Origin: Cercozoa sp. M6MM
Lineage: Eukaryota; Protista; Endomyxa: Ascetosporea
NCBI GenBank assembly: GCA_040357565.1
Contig: JBDODJ010000006.1
DNA: 64,000 bases
Strand: one strand, 5' to 3'
Under the pieces are notes generated by a model that was not told the origin of the DNA, made no database searches, and worked only from the letters and a program-made list of their open reading frames with translations. The stretch's first letter is position 1; each line of letters begins with the position of its first letter. The translations under genes and the position numbers were made by a program. Below are positions 24,670-37,900 of the stretch, piece after piece.

Positions 24670-27600
24670 ATGCCAAAGCCCCCAAGAAGCAACACTGTGC
24701 CTCAAGCGGGCGTGCTGTAAACCTGCCTCTCACTTCTACCTCCGTGGTTGTGATTTTCGTTGCGTTTGTTTGATAGCTTAAGCGTAGCGTTGGCGCAAGC
24801 TCGTAAAGTACCATCGCTCGACGCGTTTGGCAACAGCGATCCTTTCTGTGTGCTGTCCGCTGGCTACCGTGGCGGTCATATCCTCAAGCTGCGTGAGGTA
24901 ACTTCTTCGTTGGTGAAGCTTATGTTTAGTTTAAACCAGTTTAAACCAAAAACGACAAAAATAGACACCAGTTCGCTTCAACACAGACAAGCCAGTGTGG
25001 AATTCCCGCTTTGAGTACAGCATGCTTTGATACATCTTTGTTCTTTTGTCTTGTCATTTAGAATATACACCTCGCTCCTTGCAGCATCGTATTCGATCAA
25101 AACAAGCTGCCCGACATCGTGATTGTCGAGCTTTGGGACCGTGACTTGGGAAGTGTATGTTGCCTCACTTTTGTAAATTTACAATTACCCCTGTTACCCC
25201 ATGCTGCTCCCTTAAAGGCTGACGATTTCATCGCTTCTGTGCACTTTGATTTCGCCGACATTGTGGATTCAAAGACATCTGGGTGGAACTGGGTGCAGTG
25301 TCGCAACAAACGCGGCTACCCCGCAGGGTATCTTAGTTGTGTTCAAGTGAGAACAACTCCACAGAATGTTGCATAATGTTTGTTGTATTTGCAGCGAAGT
25401 GCAGTTACAACTGAAAGCAAGCGTCCTTGACAACTCGAGCGAGTTGACGCAACTCGACTTCGCTCACTGTCTGGAACTCACCGTACTGGAAGCAAAGGAG
25501 CTGCGCAGACCGGACGGACAAACCCAGTGCATTGTTTTTTGTAAAACGATACGTTCACAGTTCACGTTTTACGAATCTAGGAATGAGCCGTTTGTGCTGG
25601 CAACTTTCGGAGGCAAACATTTCCGAACGAAAGCTGCTTCGAACAGCGAAAGACCGGAATGGGCGCAAACGGCCTACTTTTTGTATCCTTTGTTCCTTTG
25701 CTTAACACTTTCTTTCGGTACTGCTTGTTCAGTGTTGACCAGCACGCCAAGAAATACGACTTGCTTCTTCATGTGTTGAACTCAGACACCTATGGTAGCG
25801 TTAAAAACAGTAATAAGATCGTGTCCAGTATGAATTGTATCCATGTAGACACATCCGTTGGACGTGTCTATGTAGATACGAGCGAACTATTTGAGCATGG
25901 CTCTGCCGACATGTGGCTCCCTGTGTCGAATTTTCATGTCACCACTGACAAGGACATTGTGCAGTACCTGCGTGATCGCGCCAAACAGAAGGCGGAACAT
26001 GTGGCGCATCAGGCCCAGGAGGAAGATGACGCGGTTCACTCGGTACCGTGGTGTGCATGTTTCCTTTTAATAGTATCCTGTGTTCCTTGGGGTCGGCAGA
26101 ACAAAGTCTCCGACCTTCCTGCAGCCGAACAGTTGAAATCTGAGACGCAGGATACGCACTTGGGTGTTGAAGAAGAGAGTGGTAATATAGAACACCTAGG
26201 CTCTGTCCATGGTTTACTCTTTGTATATTCTATAGTGACCTCACACTCGTCAACCTCGGTGCCGGCAGTTGGCGAAATCTGCGGCTACCTCCACATTCGC
26301 GCCGCGCTGTACACTTTGAAGCATCTCCTTGAAGCGTGTTCTACTTAACTGCCCTTTAATGAATTAGACACTCGCGTGAGACTCTCGAGAAAGAATTTGT
26401 GCAATGGATGATTGCAAATTTCTCGACATCCGAGACTCTCGATGCTCTCACCGTTGATGAGGTAATTTTCTTTTTAGCTTCGAAAGTCTAGCACTGCATG
26501 AATCACGACGCGTTGAATGCGACAGTTCGCGGAAGCGCTGACAGTGACCGCTGGCGAGGCACTCGATTTGTCGGCGGTGGAAGAGTTCGTAGGATCCGCT
26601 GATCTTGACGGTGATGGCCGTGTACAAGAACAAGAGCTGATGCAATTTGTGGCGAGTCTGCAATTCCAAGCCTCGCCTTTCATGCCGCTGCTGCTGCAGG
26701 CGTGGCTGCAAACTGTGAGTCAATACACCAGTTATGTTCATCAACTGAAGTTGGCTTAAGTTACTCGTTTTTTCTTGACTTTAGGGAAGAACCGATGCAA
26801 CACAACTGATGAACGGCGTGACTGCTGCACATTCCTACTTTGGGGTATCTCTGGTGGCGCATTCATTTCGCGGGCTGTTGTACGTGCTTGTTTAGGTGAA
26901 ACTGTACGAAAGTCGAAGTATGAGCGATGCAGAGCTCGTGGAGCACCCACCGGCGACCCTTACGGTCAAAGAACGCACCACAGGTCTCCTTGTCAAGGAG
27001 CATATTCCCGCGTATGTCAACGTCGCACTGAAGGCCATGTTTGGTACCATCGGTATTTTGCTCAGTTTGACAGTAAATATTACTTTGTTCCGCATTTTTA
27101 AAGGATCTGCTGTTGCGAGAAAACTGACACGAGGAAGTGAGCGACTGATGACGACGTTGTCCAGGTTTCTCCTGTGTCAGAGAGCTACTGTAAGCTTTAT
27201 TGGTTTTTTAACATCTGCAGGAGACAGGGCCGACTGTACGACGCCGCTCGCAGCAAGAACGAAATTCCGAAATTTATCGCTCTTCACAACATCGATGTAT
27301 CCTTTCAGTTTTTGTGCCTGCCCACCATCCATTGACTCGATGTGTCCTGTCAGGTGAATGAATTGGAAAAGCCGCTGGAGGAATACCACACATTCAACGA
27401 TTTCTTCGCGCGTGGCTTGAAGGTATTGCGTCGTTGCTTTTGTACCACACTAAGTACCGTCCCACATGCGCATAGGAAGGAGCACGACCGGTGGAAGGTG
27501 ACGAAATGACGCTCGTTTCTGCGGCGGACTGCCGCCTCAGTGTGTTTGAGAACCTGCAAAAGAGTACTGAGTGGTGGATTAAGGGAAAACAATTTACCGT

Positions 27601-28470
27601 AAGTTCGATCGATACAGTGTGCACGTATCAAATGTACTCGGCCGAATTGCAGGTGGAAGGACTGCTGGACAGACGTGCAGACCTTGCCGATACGTTTCGT
27701 GAAGGCAGTTGCGCGATTTTCCGACTTGCCCCACAAGACTATCATCGGTTTCATGTGCCGTGTGATGCAACGCTGAAGTCAATTCACAAGGTTGAAGGAC
27801 CGCTGTACACCGTCAATCCCATTGCCATCGTACGTTACTTACTGTCTGTACAGCAGTGGCGTGTTTGCATGTTTGAGTGTGTGTGTGTGTCACGTGAGGT
27901 CTTGTTTTCACTTCGTAAACATACAATAGAATCGCAACGTCGATGTGTTCACTCGCAACAAACGGTGGGTTGTCGAATTCGAGACTGATTACTTTGGCAA
28001 AATGGTAATGCTTTACGTTTCCAGTCACTAATTTGGAGTTTTATGTACACTTAACAATGCAGGTCTTCGTCTGCGTGGGCGCGACGATGGTTGGATCGAT
28101 CGTACTGACGAGCGAGACACCGGGAACGCGGTTTGAGCGTGGCGAAGTTTTCGGCGAGTTCCGCTTCGGCGGCAGTACCTGCATCTGCCTGTATCTTTCG
28201 CATCCACGCGTTCTGGAATCGCTCGTGTTATTTTCACACTTTATTATACTTTGTCAGTTTCGAGAAAGATGTCGTGCAGTTCGACCAAGACTTGCTGGAG
28301 AATTCTCGATACGACCCTGCCAGCAACAAGGTATACTTTTACAGTGTCATCTATTCTGCTTGTGTCCAGTGGATTCTATCCACGCTGCGTAGACACCGGT
28401 GGAAACACTACTGCGCTGCAACACGCGAATCGGTCTCGCTACGCAAGTGCCCGCTCGAGACTCGGAGTAG
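24670..28470 (+). CDS. PSD2: Phosphatidylserine decarboxylase, type II (C2 domains + EF-hand + PSD domain)
   Basis: C2 motifs (DAFGNSDPF, VELWDRD), EF-hand DLDGDGRVQEQE, TFNDFFAR, SAADCR, IFRLAPQDYHRFH, YTVNPIA, VGATMVGSI and the FRFGGST autocleavage motif. ATG at 24670, TAG ends at 28470. Confidence 0.93.
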
Positions 28471-29073
28471 CGATCGGGAAGAATTAAATGCTAGTCATTG
28501 TTGCGCAACAACTTCCGCTTCGCTTGAGTCTGTGGTACAGGAAATACATCGTTGGTTTCTTAGTACACTGAACTAACCAGCTGATGTGGTTCGGTTTAGT
28601 TAGGTCGGGGTTGCCAGTTGTTCGAGGGAATTCAACTGGCAAAACTGAACTAAACTACGTTTCACAAAGTTGTTTCACAGTACTGCAGTGACACTACAGT
28701 GTATATTCGATTGTATCCTTGCGTTGTACTCCGTGACAGACAGGACTGCAGCTGCAGTATATTGTATGCTTACGTACTATAGATTCAGCAAAAAACATAG
28801 TAGTGCACCGTTAGTCGGCGTAATTATTCGCGCGTCTGTAGTCGCGAAAGGGAAGACCGGCCCTGGGGTGCAAGCAACGCTTTCAAGATGAGCATACGAA
28901 AGACGCCCGTTCAGTTGAACTTGGGCGATTCCTTCGAAAGCAGTTGGGACAGTAAGTGACGATTGTGTCGTCGGAGGTACTCGCGAACAATGCTGCCAAT
29001 GCCACACAACATATTATACAACAAGTGCGAAGCACACAACATCGACAACAACAAAAGCAAGAAGCGATTGAAT

Positions 29074-29990
29074 TTACATCTCAGCGAGCGGTTTCAAGTC
29101 GACTTGCGCCCAAGATTCCGGCACAATGACGATGCGCAGCTGTCTGGCAGGGTTGGGCAGGTCCGTGAACGCCGGGTTCTGTGCAAAGTCACCAGTTTAA
29201 TATCCATGAGGAAGCGAAGCAACTATACCGACTGCTCGGGTTGCTGCACCTGCAGCTGCAGCTGCTGCTGCTCTTCTGCTTCTTCTTCGAGGCTGACAGC
29301 CTCGACGTGCTTCATGCAGCTGGTGACGATGCGCACGATGCCGCGCATCAATTTCTTGGCGCCAGTGGCGCAACGCTTCAAAATTCTCTGCTCGGAAACC
29401 AAAACAATAAACAGGTCACGACAAAAACGCACTCTCGCAAAACAGCCCACAGACGCCTCACAACGCTTCAGTGAGGACCACGAGGCACTAGCGGCCACAG
29501 GCCGCACGCTGGACACCTCAGCGGAGATGAACCAAAAAACACACCATATCCAAAGCGGCAAATTTCGGCACTGAAGTGCTTGTTCTTTCAAGTAGTGTTC
29601 ACACTCTCTGTGGGTCATTCTAGAGATCCAAAAGGCAGGGTGTGTGAGACAGAGAGCTTTTTTTGTATATTGGCGAATAAACCAGACCCCAGGACATGGC
29701 TCCAATCGACGCAGGGGCGAACGAAAGCCTCGATCTATCCACGTGTGGTTGCATACCGTTTTCGGTCCATGGCAGCACTTGTCCTGAGGCGGCTAGAAAC
29801 GGCACTCCCGGCTTTGAAATAGCTACTTTAGCTATCTCGAGCTGCGTGGTGGAAACACAAGTGCTCGCAGAGTTCGTCAAGCACCACGGACACGCCAAAC
29901 ACCGAGCGAGCACAATTTCACTTTTTCGCGCGTGTCACAAATCTGACACTCGCTGGCAGTGCCCGCTCTCATTGAGCCAGCATAACGAGT
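29074..29990 (-). CDS. Hypothetical multi-exon protein (may be the 3' part of the 30028-31963 gene)
   Basis: Last exons splice to ...EEEAEEQQQLQLQVQQPEQS/NPAFTDLPNPARQLRIVIVPESWAQVDLKPLAEM* (TAA at 29074-29076). Upstream exons not resolved. Confidence 0.4.
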
Positions 29991-30027
29991 ACACTGTACT
30001 TACAGTATATCGAACATGTCTGTATCT

Positions 30028-31963
30028 CTAATAAACGACGCTAGAAGCCGATTTCGCCTGCCTGCCGAGTACTGTACTGTGGCCAGCTTTTTGGTCTGTA
30101 GCCAGCCTTCTGCGCCGCTGACCACTCTGCACTGCTGACGACCACGCTGCACCTTTCCTGTGTCTGTGCCGCCTGTGGCGCCAATGGCCAGTCTTCGTTT
30201 GTCGCATCAGTCGCATGTGCCTGCAGTAAGGCCGAAAACGAGCGCGCACCTCACGAAAGGAGGTCGCTCATTTCGTCGAGAATACTTGCGCGAGCAAGCC
30301 GGATGTTGTGCAGACTCAGCAACGGCGCCGTGTGCAATCGCGCGATGTGCTCCTGTTCGAGCTGCTGCTGCGCTGCCCTGTCGTGGTCCCGCAGCTTCTC
30401 GGCGATTGCGCTGTGAATCACGTCGGGCGCCAGTCTCTGTCGCACCGAGTCAAAGACAGAATCGACGTCCAACGGTCTGAGCTTCCCGCCGTCGTCGGCT
30501 TCTTGCCCGGTTTTTGGCAGCTGCTTGGACGAGTCGGGTACTTCGGTCTGCCACGCTTCGTCCGCATGCGTGAGCACGGCGTCACTGGTGTCTTTCAGCG
30601 ACACTGCGCATGCTCGCTCTCGGAGCAGGGCAGCGACCGATCCGCGCTGCTCGCTGCCCCAGCTGGCATCGAAGGCAGCAGCTTGCGGCAGTGGCACGGC
30701 GGTCGCGACCCGTTTCCTGCGCAGCATGCCCATGCGCGGAGGCTCGAAGCCACTGTACTCTTTGTTGGGCGGGTTCGACACGAGGACACGGAGAGGGCCA
30801 ATCTCGGGTGTCTCCTTCGTCCATTGCTGCCTGCAGACAAAGAAAGTCGGCAACAATAGCGTGGTACCGACTGCACGCGTACCACTGTCTCAACCACTCG
30901 GCACTCCACAGCTTTGCTCTCGTGAAAGGCACTTCCAGTTCTTGGACTTCTTGTTTCCCGAATTCTTCCAACACCAGTTGCGTTGCGTGAGCGGAGTGAG
31001 TTGAGTGAGATTCAAATGCAATTTTACTGGCATCGCGTACCTGCCACGACGTTGCTTGCAAAGATGTGCTTTGGCTCGACGTCGGGAAACGTTGCGACCG
31101 CCGTGCTCGTGTGAGTCTGAACCAGCGAAGGCGGTGCGTATCGCGATTCACGGTCGGCGTCCGTTTCGAACGCGCACTGTTGTGGCAGAGGTTTGTTCGC
31201 TTGCGAAGGAGCTTGTGAAGTGACTTTCGGCTTTGAAGTGAGTGGCGGTGCATGCGCACCGGAAGCTGCCTGCGCAGCAGCTGCCGCTCCCAGCTTTGCT
31301 CGCATCTTGGCTTCGATGAGAGCCTTCTGGCGTTGTGCGCGAGCCAGTCGCTCGCGTCGTTTCTGCTCTTCTTCGCTGATATCGATGCTGGGATCGGTGC
31401 TCGGTTTGGCAGCTTCTACGGGTCGCTGTTGCGGGCACGGCTTGAACACAGGCAGACGCTGTTGCGGGCATGGCCTGGACACAGGCAGACGCTGTTGCAG
31501 CAGGCCAGACTGGTGCGGTCTTTGTAGTTGTGGAGGTTGTTGCTGTTGTTGTTCTCTCGAGGGCTGTTGCTGCCAAGTTCGCGGCGGCGGTTTTTGCGGA
31601 AGGTGGCGGTTGCTTCGTGGGTTCACAGTGAATTTCGGCAGTCGGATCGAGTCGTAGTGCTGTATCTTTTGAATCAGTCCAGACTGTCCGGTTTGCCTCG
31701 CCGGCAAGCGCGTTCGTTTCGGCGCGTTCGAGGCTGGCGCAGGCGGTTCGTCGAACAGTTGCGGCCCGCTTGCTGCCTGTGGTGCTGCCGGCTTGTCGCG
31801 TTGGCCGCGCGAGTTGAAGCGGAACTTCTCTTGCTTTCGGCACGATGACACTCCGATTGTGACACTACCCGATGGCTTTGCCGACATGTAGTTGCCTGTG
31901 AGCGGATGCCGAAACGCACTGTCAATTGCAGCGAACACCCACACTCAAGCTTTTTCACATTCG
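30028..31963 (-). CDS. Hypothetical protein with a fascin-like beta-trefoil repeat, Q/P-rich and coiled-coil regions (5' end in gap)
   Basis: Long exons at 31024-31920 and 30251-30830. AFRHPLTGNYMSAKPSGSVTIGVSSCRKQEKF fits a fascin-type repeat pattern. 3' end ambiguous. Confidence 0.5.
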
Positions 31964-32063
31964 NNNNNNNNNNNNNNNNNNNNNNNNNNNNNNNNNNNNN
32001 NNNNNNNNNNNNNNNNNNNNNNNNNNNNNNNNNNNNNNNNNNNNNNNNNNNNNNNNNNNNNNN
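31964..32063. other. Assembly gap (100 N)
   Basis: N run; hides the 5' ends of two divergently oriented genes. Confidence 0.99.
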
Positions 32064-32566
32064 GATATGCGAGAGGTACTCGAGCAGTCGCTGAGCACTG
32101 CTAAGTACGACTCTGAAGAATCGAAAAAACTGGCCGCGACGATAGGCTCCGAGATCAAAGAGCGCATCAAGAAGCAGGTACCGGGCACTGTACCTATGGG
32201 GTAATAACTTGAAGCAAACCACCAGTAATTAGAGAGTCTTGATGCTACATCTTTTGCCCGGCCAGAACACCGACCGCTACAAAGTAGTGACGCAGGTTGT
32301 GATGTATAACGTCCACTCATGTCTCTTTTTCCGACTGAACACGAGGACAGCCTGACTTGTAGCGGAGAAACTCGTGATCAGGGAGTGAGGCTGTATGCAC
32401 GAGCACTGTGGGATAAGTACACCGACGATTGGGCGTCTTGTTCCTACCAAAACGTACAGACACGCAGTCGCTGTTGATATCTAATCTCATGAGTGTGATA
32501 CCGATTCTGCTGGAGCAGGATTCGCTGTTTTGTGTGGCGACGGTCTTTTGCTTGTTGCTGCCGTAG
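32064..32566 (+). CDS. Tctex-1 family dynein light chain (5' end in gap)
   Basis: Spliced: MREVLEQSLSTAKYDSEESKKLAATIGSEIKERIK..RYKVVTQVVIGETRDQGVRLYARALWDKYTDDWASCSYQNDSLFCVATVF; TAG at 32564-32566. Confidence 0.9.
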
Positions 32567-33255
32567 TCAAACCCTTTAAATCAAACGCCTGCATCAACTG
32601 CTCTCTCAGTCCTACGGCTGACCCGAAGTGCGCGGCACTTCCGTCTTGTTTCGCTATCGTAAGCACGCGACTTATTGTTTCCGTTCGTTTGCACTCGGCA
32701 ACTGGTTGCACTGGAATTCGACGCGACGAGGCGCAGTTTCCGTCCGTACTGCACAGCGCACTACGCTGTTTGCCGTACGGACGATTTCGATCGACCTCAT
32801 TACTAAACTTAAAATTTATATTTAGTTCAGTTCCCCGTTCGCTGCCCGACGGGGCCACACCATCTACTGTACTGTACTGCGTTACGCTGGCTGGCCGGGC
32901 CCGGCACCTGACTGCGCTGGCACTCGGTCGACTAGTGCCTTAATGGCAGTGACGTCCTGTTCCCGTTGTTCAGTTATTATTCGCTAAGATTGGATCGCGT
33001 CATCTGTTGTCTGCTGTTGACTTCAGTATCGATAATCTATCGAGCGTCTGGAATAAATTTTGTTTTTCGTATCATGCCTCTGTTGAATAAATTTGTTCTG
33101 TAAACCACAGTTTTCGCCTATAAGCTCGTGTGTGGGGTTGTGCTCTTAACTCTTTAATTTAACGTAGAAGCTAGGTGGCCGTGCAGACCGGCTGAATTCG
33201 ACCTGACCACCGCACCTGTTGACTGACGAGTTTTCGATCAAGAAAACCCAGCATC

Positions 33256-34909
33256 ATGTTGTCGTCCCGCGCACCGTTGCTCCGCGAGCTTGTGACTACC
33301 GAACAGACTTATGTCGCAGGTTTGCAGTACTTGGTACCTCCATACATTCTTTTCCTTGTCCCATTCTGGGTATCCTGTGCTAGGTGTCGGCATGGATGCT
33401 ACCCCTCGGAGCAGAGGCTTCGCGCATCTGTCTTAATGCAGACATGCTTCTGTCACTCAATACGCAACTTTTAGATGTAACTTTACACGCTCTACCTTCC
33501 AGTTCTTGTTGTTTACCCCCCCCCCCGGGCAGGACCTGACGTCACGCTTGGTACAGCGTCGCAGTGACAAAGAAAAGACCGCTGGTGCTGCTGAGACTGC
33601 TCAGTGGACCGTGCACAATCCCGAAAACGTCAAAGGTGCTTTACAGTGCCTCTTATAATTCTCTTTGTGTGTCCCTTCTATCAACCCTAATGTAGTTGCC
33701 GACATCTTCTTCAAGTTCGGCCCGTGCCTCAAAATGTACACGCAGTTCTGCGGTGGCCATGCCGGTGCCCTCCCCTACCTGGTCTGTCAATTGTCCTGTT
33801 ACTGTTACTTTTTCCCATACAGGAGCCCTGCGCTGGATCGAACAAAGCAAGACGTTGAAGCGACTCGAGCAGCAAGAGCTTGTGCCGCCGCGAGCTGACG
33901 TACTCGCTCCATACCCTAGTTACTCAGTTGCTTCTTACCTTCTGCTTGTTGCGACAGCTGTTGTCGCTGCTGATCACGCCGGTGCAGCGAGTGCCACGTT
34001 ACGCTCTACTGTTGGAGCAACTGATCAAGCGCACTCCCGAGGATCACGCCGACCGTGCGGCCCTCGAGACTGCACTCGAGTTGCTGCGCAACGCGGCAGC
34101 GCTCGTGAACCATCGCATGGCTGTACCTCTCGTTTCTATGTCCTTTGCCAATATCCTTTTAGCTTTCTCCATGTTGCAGACGGAAGAGAAAAAGTCGCGC
34201 GACATGCGAGTTGCCTCACACTTGACTGGTATGTTCCTTTGGCCCTTTCTGTCTTTACTACATAATTCATACGGCGCGCGGCAGGTGTGGATCCCTCCAG
34301 TGCCGGTCCGTTGTTACGACACGGCGAACTCCGCCGTATTGGTCGCAACTCGTACACTTTGTTGCTGTTCTCCTGTCGTTGTTTCTTTGATTTGTCTCGG
34401 TTAGACGTGCTGCGCGCCAGCTGGTCCAGCAGCCGCGTCGACGTGCCATCGATAGCAACAGGTATATTTGCCCTTTACCTCCCTCGTTCCTTTTGTCTAC
34501 TGCATGCCCTTACAGGAGTGCCGAACAGTTGCCGCTAGTGCTGAGACGTGACCGACTGCACAAAGCACGTCGAGTGACTCACCATGCCTTCCTGTTCGCC
34601 AACTGCTTCGTGCTGGCTGCGCGACATTCTGCCTGTACTACCCTGTTACCCTGTTGCTCATTGGTTAATTTCTCCTTTCTTCTTTATCTTCAATCCATTT
34701 GCAGTGCCACCAGCAGCACTAGAGGAGAACATTGAACCCGGCACCCGACCGCGTGTAGCTTTCTTTTGCTCTGTTGTTAATCCCAAGTCTACCTGTGTAC
34801 CCCGCAGGCCAACTCGGCGGTGACAGCAGCCACCCGCGGCGGCTTTGTCGTGCGCAAGATTCTGCCTGTGTCGGCACTGCGTGTGCGTGATGTGGTATCC
34901 CTTATCATA

Positions 34910-34961
<52 letters not shown>

Positions 34962-37900
34962 CATACTGGACGAGTGTTCAGGACAGTGGCGACACGAGCG
35001 ATGCGGCCGAGAGCGCCGGTGCCTTCTTTTGGGTGCAGCAGCGCAATGCCGAGCAGAAGGTGTGTTGTCTGGTTACCCTGTACTATCTCTGTCATAGTTG
35101 CATGCCTAGTGTCTGCTACTGCGCACGTCGTCGGAGATGGACAAGGCGGCTTGGATGACGGACCTTGCACGCTGTGCCAATGGCAGCGTGCACACTGACC
35201 TCATGCAGGTGTGCTCTGTCCTTACTGCCCTCATGTCACCCTTTCCTGGTCTCCTTGACTTGCTGTATGCAGGCCGACACCGTGCAGCACTTGTTGCATA
35301 AGGAACAGGAGCTGCTGGCCGAGTTCGCCAGTGCGCTGGGTCACGCCGACGACAGCGCCAGTGAGACCATTGACGGTGACAGTGACGGTGCTGATTCCGC
35401 TGTTGATCAAGGCGAGGTCAAGACGGTGTCGCTTACGGTGCCTCTGAAACCGTGTCGAGGTGGCTCCGCGTCGGCCAGCGAAACCGTCGCAGCCAACGTC
35501 AACAGCAACAGCAGCACCGAGGCGGGTGCACCTTCACTGCTCACCAGCGTGTTCACTCAGATGACCACTGATGGTGCCACTGCCAACAGTGCCGGTGACC
35601 ATGTGTCTACTCAGACACGTGACACGTGCGATGGTGTGACTCCTGTCACACTGCGCAGCGGCACCGCGCACTTCAACGCCTTCTTTGGCACCGGCGCCGC
35701 CGGCAGTCAGGACGACGGTAGGGACCCTCTGACCTCCCTCTACGTTACTCTGTGTTTACCTCGTACCTCTACCTCTTAGGCGACTTTGATGAGTCTGGTC
35801 TTGCGCCGCTTCATCTTGCTGCTGCTTCTGGTGACACGGAGCAGGTGTGTTGCCTGCCTCCGACTTCCTCTACTTCCAGTTATTCCTCTTTTAGATTCGT
35901 CGTTTGGCCGAAGAGGGCGCCGATTTGAACGAGCAGACGCTTACCGCTGTACAGCATTTGTCCTATTCTTTGCCTTTTATGCCTCTGTTACGACTTTCGT
36001 GCAGGAGAAGCTGACGGCACTGGAGATCGCTGTTTGGCGCAGCGATATCAACACTGTGGGTACCGTACCTTATACTCCGCTTTTGTTCTAAATGTTATGT
36101 GATTGTGCAGAGACGCTGCTGTCGCTGGGAGCATCGCCGTTCTTGCGCAATGACAATGCAGAATGGGACGACTTGCAGGTACTTCCCTTGGCCCTTCTGC
36201 ACTTTTAATGTGTGCTTTATGTTCTCGTTTCATAGAGGAAGGGTGACATCGTCGGTACCGTCGCTGGTGCCGCGGCCTTGTTGGCGGTCAGTTTTCTATG
36301 TATCTTTCTGTGTAGTACCCTACGTTAATTTCACTGTAGGCACGCAACATCGCAGCAGGCTCGGCCAGTGGTCTCACCGCCTCTGACATGTCACTCTTCC
36401 ACGTAGCTTTCTCCTCTTGCGCTACTTTTTTGTTTATCTTACCCCCGGGGGGTTTTAGGTTTTGTGCGCGCCGTCTGTGTTGCCGGCGGATGAGTGGCCT
36501 GACCGCGGCGCACTCGCACAATCGCATGACATTGTACAACGTGCTTGTTTGGAAATAACGATACGGGTGAGTTCACTAAAGTTTTAATTGTAGCAATGCA
36601 AGCCGATCCAACGAGTGCCCACGTCGCATGCGAGACTTCTGCGCGCATTGCTGGATGCGTTGCGTCAGGACAAGAGTCGCTCCGGCAGCAGCGCCAGTCG
36701 TAGCAAATCCTCGGACTCAGCTGTCGATCGCGCGCTCCGACTGCGCGATGCAGAGGGTCGTGCGCCTGTCCACCGTAGCTTTCACTGTCTCTGCACTTAT
36801 TGTCCGTGCATGCACTGTCTTTGTGTCCCTGTGCAGTCGCCGTGCTGAGTGGCAACATTGAAGCACTGCGTGTCTTGGTACTTTTTTCGTAAGATGTGTC
36901 ATATATGGAATGATAAGCGTGCTGTATCTTTTCAGGTGGATGCCGTGAAGGACCCGGCGGCGACAGCAAGTGTTTGCGAGGCTGTGCTTGCTCAGCGACT
37001 TGTGGTATCTTCTGCCTCTCACGCTTCTTCACACTGTACGTTTCTTTTGTGTAGGGCAAACATCGTGCTACGCCTCTGCACCTCTGCGTGTCGCTCTCTG
37101 CGGACAATGGTTTTAGCGGTACATATCCTATTAGCATTCGCTCCACTTACTTCTCTGACTCCTTTCTATGGTAGTGTCGCACCTGAGCAAGCGCGAGATC
37201 GGTGCTGCAGCTCGAGCTTGTGTTGAACTCCTCGTCCGTGTATGTCTTAACCTGTAAATACCCTGATCGCACTTAATTTCTACCCTTATGTCCGCAGGCG
37301 GGCGCTAACGTCAACGCCCGTGACGCCAAGGGTCGCACGCCACTGCACCTGGCTCGCAACGAGGACATGCGCGTCTTCCTGATTCAGCACGGTGCGCGTG
37401 TGTCGCTTGAGTGCAAGTCAAATGTCGCTGGTACCCCCTCCCCCTGTCTGGCGTATTAGTCTAGCTTTATTACGAACACATTGAAGCGGGGGCTAGCACG
37501 CCCAAGAGCGTTTCCACTGCCGCCCAAAAGTTCTGGCAGTCGCTGTCGCAGCAGACTCGTGTCGATGATACATGCGACGAGAGTCGCCTGCCCACGATGG
37601 CCGAGAAGTGGTTCCCGGATGGTATATTACCCATTGTATCTTGTCTGCCTTGCTCTACCAACAAAAGTGCATTCAATAGGTGTGCGAGCGACTTGCACGC
37701 TGTGCGATGTGACCTTCTCTTGGCGTGTGCGACAGCATCACTGTACGACCTTTTGAGGCTAGACTGCGAGTCAAAGAATATGTCGTCGGTTTTTAGGCCG
37801 CGCATGTGGTGCACTCGTTTGCGGAAACTGCTCATCGAAGAAACTCGTATTTCGCGAGTCATCAAACGCCGGCATTCGCCGTACTTTGTGCCTGTCGTTT

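Noticed and set aside
29540-29705. SH2/STAT-like domain (FWISRMTHRECEHYL)
   Set aside because: No FLVR-type core motif and the exon structure could not be resolved; too weak to call.
33774-33860. In-frame TGA in the RhoGEF DH domain, suggesting a pseudogene or stop reassignment
   Set aside because: Using the upstream GTGCCC donor (phase 1) gives an open frame; all three stop codons terminate genes normally in this window.
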